IMG/VR virus record: IMGVR_UViG_3300023119_000004
DNA from: a virus
Taxonomy: Duplodnaviria; Caudoviricetes
Reading direction: 5' to 3' (one strand)
Length of the DNA: 64,000 bases
Below are positions 58,880 to 64,000 of this stretch, piece by piece. Position numbers and translations under genes: made by a program. Position 1 is the first letter of the stretch. The number at the start of each line of letters is the position of its first letter. Under the pieces are notes generated by a model that was not told where the DNA came from, did no database searches, and worked only from the letters and a program-made list of their open reading frames with translations.

Positions 58880-58910
58880 AAGTATCTCCTTTTGTGTAGA
58901 AATATTTATA

Positions 58911-59930
58911 TTAGATAGATTCGTACAATTTAATGCTGGCTAAGTTTTTGGCTTTAGATTCTACCATAATATCTGCACGATCACGGAATGAAAGAGCCCA
59001 TTCGTTAACTGCCGAATTCCACATAAAGTCGGAGTGAGCACGTAGTTTCTGCTTCTTATAACCGTTCATAAGCAGATATTCCATATCAGGCATTTCATCT
59101 GTAGGCCATTCTGTAAGTAGATCTTCACGTGATACTGAGTAGTGAATAACAGGACGCACACCACGCCAACTATCAATTATGCGATCAAATCTACGATCGG
59201 TGGGTTGAATGTATTCTCCACTAGCGACCCAGTGGTGGTGTATGTCAAGAACGAGTGCGACGTGGTTGGCAAGTTCCAGGCTGGCGTCGATGCCCCAGGA
59301 CATTTCGTCATTTTCAATTGTAATACAGTTTCGTGCTTCTGGAGACAGTCTTGGAAGGACGTCGATGATACCGGCTGGACCTTGTCTGCCTGAGATGTGG
59401 ACGTTACACTTGAAGTCTTGCCAATTGTTACCGTAACCCATCCACCTGGCGATGTCAATGTGATACTCAAATTCTTCTATGCTCCGTTCAACGATATCAG
59501 GATTATCTGACGCAAGTACAGTAAACTGACCAGGATGCATAGAAAGCCTAACATCCAGTTCACGAGCCTTTGCGCCGACGTGAGCCAAGTTCCTTTCACA
59601 ATATTGTCGTACATCAGGCTTGCGCCAGAAATAACTCCAAGTAGGCTCAGTATAAACAGGTAGGACGTCACTTCCCAACCTAACCATACGTAATTCATTC
59701 GGTAGTCCTCCTACATAGTTAACAAGGTTCCAATAACTTTGTATGTTATGAACCATAATGTCCCATAGACGCTGTTCAGCAACATCACGTGTTTGCCTAT
59801 TCAACCAAGCAACAGTTGTTGCTTTTGTATTTAACGGTCGTTGAATCTCCTCTAGCAGTTTCTTCTTCTGCGTTTGATCAGGATGCATATATTTGCAGGC
59901 AAAGCCTATACGTTTCGTAGTCGATTCCAT
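58911..59930 (-). CDS. uvsE: UV damage endonuclease (UvsE/UvdE)
   Basis: RIGFAC, RLGSD.LP, RLSMHPGQF..L.S, END, VLDIHHH, P..HYS.SR, HSD, M.E.K.K. Confidence 0.93.
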   Translation of the reverse strand: MESTTKRIGFACKYMHPDQTQKKKLLEEIQRPLNTKATTVAWLNRQTRDVAEQRLWDIMVHNIQSYWNLVNYVGGLPNELRMVRLGSDVLPVYTEPTWSYFWRKPDVRQYCERNLAHVGAKARELDVRLSMHPGQFTVLASDNPDIVERSIEEFEYHIDIARWMGYGNNWQDFKCNVHISGRQGPAGIIDVLPRLSPEARNCITIENDEMSWGIDASLELANHVALVLDIHHHWVASGEYIQPTDRRFDRIIDSWRGVRPVIHYSVSREDLLTEWPTDEMPDMEYLLMNGYKKQKLRAHSDFMWNSAVNEWALSFRDRADIMVESKAKNLASIKLYESI

Positions 59931-60607
59931 GTGTCTTCCCAGTTTTTAATATTATAGCAAATTCCTAGATCGTTGTCAATGATTTGTTTTTTCAAAGGAT
60001 AGTCATTTCCTTCAGGATACATAGCATCACCAAAAAAGTGTAGTGTATCATTTGGACTAAAATCTCTTAAGATTTGTGATTTGTCATTGCCTTTTGGAAA
60101 AACATCAATGCCTGTTTCACCGCCAACCTTAGCACTTATCTCTGGGAACATAGTTTCGAACGCTCTTGCTATTCTATCTCGTTCGTTTATCCTTAAATCA
60201 TGCTCTACATATAGTTTACGTTCACCCACAGTAGCATTACGTCCTACTACACTAAAATTACACATACCAGGTCTATGCTCAAAGTGTAGTCCTGTACGTA
60301 GTGGGAATTCGCTTTCGTTCATGCATTGTGTTAAAAACTGTTCTGCTATTTCAGGTAATTTCCAATCTGTTGTATAAACATTAGTTCCTGCTTCGTAAAC
60401 ATCACTGCCTGAACAGTTGTAAACTTTTTTAACATTTTCGCAAATGTCAGAACCAATTTGTTCAACAGTTTTTTCGTAATCACTGCCTGTTACAAGATAT
60501 ACATTATTTGAATATGTAAATTCTAAAAACCAACGTTGAAACTCAACGTTCATTTTTTGACGACTCGGAGTCAGAGTACCGTCCACGTCAAATATGAATC
60601 TTTCCAT
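59906..60607 (-). CDS. HAD-IIB phosphomannomutase (PMM-like)
   Basis: FDVDGTLTP.RQ, VTGSD, E.R.GM.N.S..GR, GG...D.FP.G.DK, FFGD...GND. Confidence 0.9.
   Translation of the reverse strand: MERFIFDVDGTLTPSRQKMNVEFQRWFLEFTYSNNVYLVTGSDYEKTVEQIGSDICENVKKVYNCSGSDVYEAGTNVYTTDWKLPEIAEQFLTQCMNESEFPLRTGLHFEHRPGMCNFSVVGRNATVGERKLYVEHDLRINERDRIARAFETMFPEISAKVGGETGIDVFPKGNDKSQILRDFSPNDTLHFFGDAMYPEGNDYPLKKQIIDNDLGICYNIKNWEDTWNRLRNV
59951..59979 (-). promoter_or_regulatory. sigma70-type promoter
   Basis: TTGACA-17-TATAAT upstream of uvsE. Confidence 0.8.
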
Positions 60608-60760
60608 TTACTGCTTTTTCCTTACTTGTGGCTTAGGTTTACGTTCTTGCGGTTTTTCTAAAATGTTACGAATTGTATAAAGTTGTTCAATAACATCTTC
60701 AACTAGGTCTATGTCACTTGGCTTGTCTGTATCAAGATCAAGTTCTATTTTAATTTTCAT
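60608..60760 (-). CDS. 50-aa hypothetical protein (missed by ORF track)
   Basis: MKIKIELDLDTDKPSDIDLVEDVIEQL...; fills the gap between flanking genes. Confidence 0.55.
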   Translation of the reverse strand: MKIKIELDLDTDKPSDIDLVEDVIEQLYTIRNILEKPQERKPKPQVRKKQ

Positions 60761-61415
60761 TTTGTTGTCCGTCTAAATATATATGAATTTTCTTTGCTCT
60801 ATCTTTTACAAGTGTTGTATAATCAGGATTAGTACTCCACTTGTTTAAAAAATCTATTTGTTTATCTATATCAAAATTGTGATCGTTAAATTGTTTTACA
60901 CGTTCTGCTCTAAATTCTGTGTAAGCCGGATGGGTGTTAATAATTCTAATCATGTCTTTAACACTTGCACATTTACTTCTATACTTTTTAACACCAAAGT
61001 CGGCATCAGGTAAGTCAATCGGTTTTAATTGAGGTACGTTAGGATCCCAGGTTCTAATGCCAAAAAGGTTATTTCCATCTCTTGCAAATCTACTTTTGCC
61101 ATAGCCTGTTTCAAGCACAGCCATTGCTATAATAATATCTCTATGAATTCTTTCTCTAGGTTCAATACCTAAGTTCCAAAAGTCAACACAACGAGCAACA
61201 CCTTTAACAAATTGTTCGTCGGTAGTATAATCAATTGCAGGTTCTAAAAATCCAAACTCAGACCATTCGTTTGCAAATGCTTTTTGCATTTTAGCAGTCC
61301 ATTTGTCTGTAATCCAATGATTAGGAAACCAAGTGCCTAGCCCAAATGTAGAAATAATCACAACTACACCTGCAAGAAAATATGTTATTTGTTTTTTGAC
61401 TTTTTTACTAATCAT
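60750..61415 (-). CDS. Membrane-anchored GH73/Bax-like glucosaminidase
   Basis: N-terminal TM; A.A.LETGYG.SRFA..GNNLFGI; WST.P.Y. Confidence 0.8.
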   Translation of the reverse strand: MISKKVKKQITYFLAGVVVIISTFGLGTWFPNHWITDKWTAKMQKAFANEWSEFGFLEPAIDYTTDEQFVKGVARCVDFWNLGIEPRERIHRDIIIAMAVLETGYGKSRFARDGNNLFGIRTWDPNVPQLKPIDLPDADFGVKKYRSKCASVKDMIRIINTHPAYTEFRAERVKQFNDHNFDIDKQIDFLNKWSTNPDYTTLVKDRAKKIHIYLDGQQNEN

Positions 61416-61423
61416 ATGACTAT

Positions 61424-61452
61424 ATTATAACTAACTTTGTTTGAAAAGTCAA
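61424..61452 (-). promoter_or_regulatory. sigma70-type promoter, near-leaderless
   Basis: TTGACT-17-TATAAT-8 nt-ATG. Confidence 0.8.
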
Positions 61453-61455
61453 GTC

Positions 61456-62157
61456 CTATTTCCAATTTTCTTTGCACCAAGGATCAATGCAATCTTTTGG
61501 ATTCGGATCACCATGAAAAACTGCAACACTTGTTTCGGGTAGAATTTTTGGTACGCCAGGAGAGACAAAGTTGCGTTTACCTGTAATACGTGTCATTTCG
61601 GGTCTGCCACGCATTTCCCATTTATAACTTTGTATCCATTCGTCAGGCCAAAAGTTAAATTCTGAACGAACATTTTCATATAGCCAATCTTGATCTCCAT
61701 GATATCTTTTTGAATGATATCCAGGCTGTTCCATAAACCTTTGATATACAACCTTGTGTTGTCCTGTTTCTAATCTAAATATACTAGAGTTCATTCGAGA
61801 CCATGTCGATTGCATTGATCTATTAAAATCTCTAATAACACAGAACTCACCTGCCTTATATGTAAACAGTTTATCTATGTTATCAAAGATAATAACATCT
61901 AGATCAATATAAAGTACTGTACCATGTATTCCTAAATTAGGATTAAAGAACATAGTCTTGTACCACCAACCATTAATTTCAGGATGCTTTTGAATAGGCA
62001 TAACTTGTATGCCCGGGTTAATTCCTGTAGCATCTTCTGTAAAGCAGACAAAGGTATGAGGTACTGTTAGATTACGACTAACCATACTATGCAAAGTGTT
62101 TACATACTCAGCACTATATTTGTTACCGTATTTTAAGCAAACAACATAGTTAGCCAC
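61456..62157 (-). CDS. GT-A fold glycosyltransferase-like protein (GT8-like)
   Basis: CFTED, WW.K..F, YIDLDV (DxD), NSS, GDQD, FHG.P.P. Confidence 0.75.
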   Translation of the reverse strand: MANYVVCLKYGNKYSAEYVNTLHSMVSRNLTVPHTFVCFTEDATGINPGIQVMPIQKHPEINGWWYKTMFFNPNLGIHGTVLYIDLDVIIFDNIDKLFTYKAGEFCVIRDFNRSMQSTWSRMNSSIFRLETGQHKVVYQRFMEQPGYHSKRYHGDQDWLYENVRSEFNFWPDEWIQSYKWEMRGRPEMTRITGKRNFVSPGVPKILPETSVAVFHGDPNPKDCIDPWCKENWK

Positions 62158-62167
62158 TGTGCCCTCC

Positions 62168-62761
62168 TTACATTGATGTATTTACTGGACCGTATGATTT
62201 AGTATTCATTGCTTTCATAGGATTAGCACCCAAACTTAACGTTACCCTTGGACCTATAATCATAGGTTTGTGATTTGTTAGTCTTGGTAATAAAATTGCA
62301 TCACCCGGATTTAGTGTGTAGATTGTTTTTTCTTGAGTATCTTTATCAGTTACTAAGTAAGCAACCTGTCCGTATCCTTGAATTAGTAATACAGTTTCAT
62401 AGTCATTATGAAGCATTAAACTATTGTGTGTGTCACTCATGCTGTAAAATAAACTAGCATTGAAGTGAGTTTCAGTTTCGTGTCGATCATAGTTTGATTG
62501 GAAGTCAAGCATATACTTTTGCAATCTCTTATCAGATCCAACATCGGGCAAGTGCGATCCGCCTCTTGCTAATTCATCGACATTAGTAATTGTTGCTTTG
62601 TATTGATTTACTTCTACAAGAGTTTCAAAATTAATATCGTTTTTTGCATCGGGAAAAGCATTACGATAAACAGCAACGTTTAGATTTTTACGATCTTCGT
62701 TTACTTGACTCCAATCCATCTTACGCCTCGTAGATTGCAGAGTTAGCACCGTGTTCTGCAC
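62168..62761 (-). CDS. JmjC/cupin_4-like protein
   Basis: H.D..TVLLIQ.YG...L.PGD...LP....H...R.TLS; start may be downstream (MDWSQV). Confidence 0.7.
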   Translation of the reverse strand: MQNTVLTLQSTRRKMDWSQVNEDRKNLNVAVYRNAFPDAKNDINFETLVEVNQYKATITNVDELARGGSHLPDVGSDKRLQKYMLDFQSNYDRHETETHFNASLFYSMSDTHNSLMLHNDYETVLLIQGYGQVAYLVTDKDTQEKTIYTLNPGDAILLPRLTNHKPMIIGPRVTLSLGANPMKAMNTKSYGPVNTSM

Positions 62762-63170
62762 ATTCTACCTTAACGCAATAACAACGATTATCTGTCTTTT
62801 CTCTAATTAGTTTGTCTGCAAAATTAAATGCGTGTTCTGCAAACTTCTCTGCACCAACACCATCAAATATTCTTAGTTCTGCTAGACCCAGTGCTTCTAG
62901 TTTTTGTAATTCTTCTAAAAATGGATCTGCTCGATCTACTGCTACCTTGTGATCAAAACTATCTTCTAGCCAAGCCTTTAGTGGTTTTAGTCCTCCAAAG
63001 TCTACTGCCCAGTTTTTGTTATCTAGTTCATCACAACCAAATGTGAATGTAAATGCTAGACTGTAACCGTGTAGTAGATGGCAATGTGAATGATCTGCGT
63101 TTGGTTGTCTAAAGACTGCCGATAGGCCAATATTATGACCATAATGTTTTGTACTGTAATGTTTACCCAT
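62721..63170 (-). CDS. queD: 6-carboxytetrahydropterin synthase
   Basis: C..LHGY, VDFGGLK, FDH, GAE.FA, EH..NSA. Confidence 0.9.
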   Translation of the reverse strand: MGKHYSTKHYGHNIGLSAVFRQPNADHSHCHLLHGYSLAFTFTFGCDELDNKNWAVDFGGLKPLKAWLEDSFDHKVAVDRADPFLEELQKLEALGLAELRIFDGVGAEKFAEHAFNFADKLIREKTDNRCYCVKVECAEHGANSAIYEA

Positions 63171-63176
63171 TATTAA

Positions 63177-63222
63177 CTCCTATATATAATGGCGGCAGAA
63201 TTAGAAGGGGTGACGCCAAGTC
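63177..63222 (-). ncRNA. Candidate cis-regulatory RNA (H-type pseudoknot, preQ1-I-like) in queD 5' UTR
   Basis: UGGCG-UCACCCCUUCUAAUUCUGC-CGCCA stem-loop; loop CUUCUA can pair with UAGGAG (SD). Confidence 0.55.
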
Positions 63223-63242
63223 CTATATTAAACATATTGTAT

Positions 63243-63271
63243 AGTATATACAATTTATTTGCTTTTGTCAA
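63243..63271 (-). promoter_or_regulatory. sigma70-type promoter for queD operon
   Basis: TTGACA-17-TATACT, giving a 5' UTR of about 65 nt. Confidence 0.8.
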
Positions 63272-63866
63272 GTCTTTTGTGGTACGTATTAAAACTTATA
63301 GTTACTCGTTTTGTAGTTGTGTTTGGTGTTGAATAGTGATACAACCAACTAGGAAACAGTATTAACAGTTCGCTTCTAGGTTGAAACTCCATATTATTAG
63401 TTGTATAATACGTAGCCTTGTTGTGTATTTCAGCCATTTTAGGTCCAAGTATAGGACTTTCAAATACTAGTGGCGCACTACCTTCTTCAACAATTGGATA
63501 ATATGCTCCGCTAATAATTGATAACTCGTGCCTGTGTTTGTTGATTACACCTTGTTCCTCTTGTATGTTAAGCCAACTCTTTCCAAGTTCTACAATGTCA
63601 AGACCTGCATCTTCACAATACTCGTCAAGACAATCCTGAATGCCTGTTCTTACTTTTGTTAATTCTTTCGAATGTAGAAAGTTCATTTCATGTTGGCTAG
63701 AAGTTTTACCATTGCCAATATCATCAGGCCATACAGTTAGGTCTTTGTAGTTGTTTAGATATTCTTTTTCTTCAGTGCCAAAAGGAACTTGGTACACCTG
63801 TACTAGTGTAGGAAAGATATCATATGTTGCTTTTCTAAACGTTCCGTCAACTATCGACGCTCTCAT
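63255..63866 (-). CDS. 2OG-Fe(II) oxygenase (TIGR02466-like)
   Basis: HRHELSIISGAYY...FPSWLYH...RVTISFN. Confidence 0.85.
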   Translation of the reverse strand: MRASIVDGTFRKATYDIFPTLVQVYQVPFGTEEKEYLNNYKDLTVWPDDIGNGKTSSQHEMNFLHSKELTKVRTGIQDCLDEYCEDAGLDIVELGKSWLNIQEEQGVINKHRHELSIISGAYYPIVEEGSAPLVFESPILGPKMAEIHNKATYYTTNNMEFQPRSELLILFPSWLYHYSTPNTTTKRVTISFNTYHKRLDKSK

Positions 63867-64000
63867 GCTTTTCCATCCTATAATCTCTTAGAGTAGAGTA
63901 GTAATCTCTGTCCATGTGTCGAACTGTATTAAAACTAATTGTATATCTTTTTTGTGTAGGATTTCTAGGAACACTATGTCGCAACCAACTTGGGAAAATA
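63847..64000 (-). CDS. Partial 2OG-Fe(II) oxygenase (5' end outside window)
   Basis: Manual translation ...IFPSWLRHSVPRNPTQKRYTISFN...VDS*. Confidence 0.75.
   Translation of the reverse strand, partial: IFPSWLRHSVPRNPTQKRYTISFNTVRHMDRDYYSTLRDYRMEKHESVDS

Noticed and set aside
59177-59698. Two out-of-frame minus-strand ORFs, one hydrophobic, inside uvsE
   Set aside because: Fully nested in a strongly motif-supported gene; no RBS
1-64000. Stop-codon reassignment, as seen in some large phages
   Set aside because: TAA, TAG and TGA all end genes at tight junctions, and long genes are uninterrupted under code 11
1-64000. tRNAs, CRISPR arrays, transposases, introns/inteins
   Set aside because: None recognised by eye; intergenic gaps are short, and polB, clpA and thyX have normal lengths. 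A tRNAscan/Infernal run would be the proper check

Overview
AT-rich fragment of a large, lytic, T4-like (jumbo/huge-type) dsDNA phage, probably aquatic and infecting a Gram-negative host. The host inference rests on the spanins, the proteobacterial-type ferredoxin/IscA/ClpA and the sigma70 promoters. Nearly all genes are on the minus strand, tightly packed with TAATG/ATGA junctions; only phoH and a small Zn-ribbon gene are on +. In + coordinates the order is: (1) a 7-deazaguanine DNA-modification and replication region (PRTase, glycosyltransferase, DpdL-like, DpdA, sliding clamp, epimerase, MBD4-like glycosylase, exonuclease, family B polymerase); (2) a block of probable head-internal proteins with T4-like capsid-targeting N-termini; (3) a ClpA/Def/DnaJ operon; (4) a lysis cassette; (5) phoH, thyX, parvulin, ferredoxin, clamp loader, MazG, GroES and a mini-DnaE; (6) baseplate/tail genes with two subtilases and a cupredoxin-tipped fibre; (7) IscA, UvsE, PMM, a GH73 enzyme, QueD and 2OG-Fe(II) oxygenases. 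Two promoter classes are visible: TTGAC(A/T)-17-TA(T/A)A(A/C)T and a late (G/T)ATAAATA motif; several promoters appear leaderless. The strongest leads are a candidate preQ1-I-like pseudoknot that could sequester the queD ribosome-binding site, a dpdA-dpdL-glycosyltransferase hypermodification locus, virion-packaged enzyme polyproteins, a gp43-type operator hairpin before polB, and an unannotated SutA-like ORF. No tRNA, rRNA, CRISPR array, intein or transposase was seen. All family assignments come from motif recognition by eye, not database searches.
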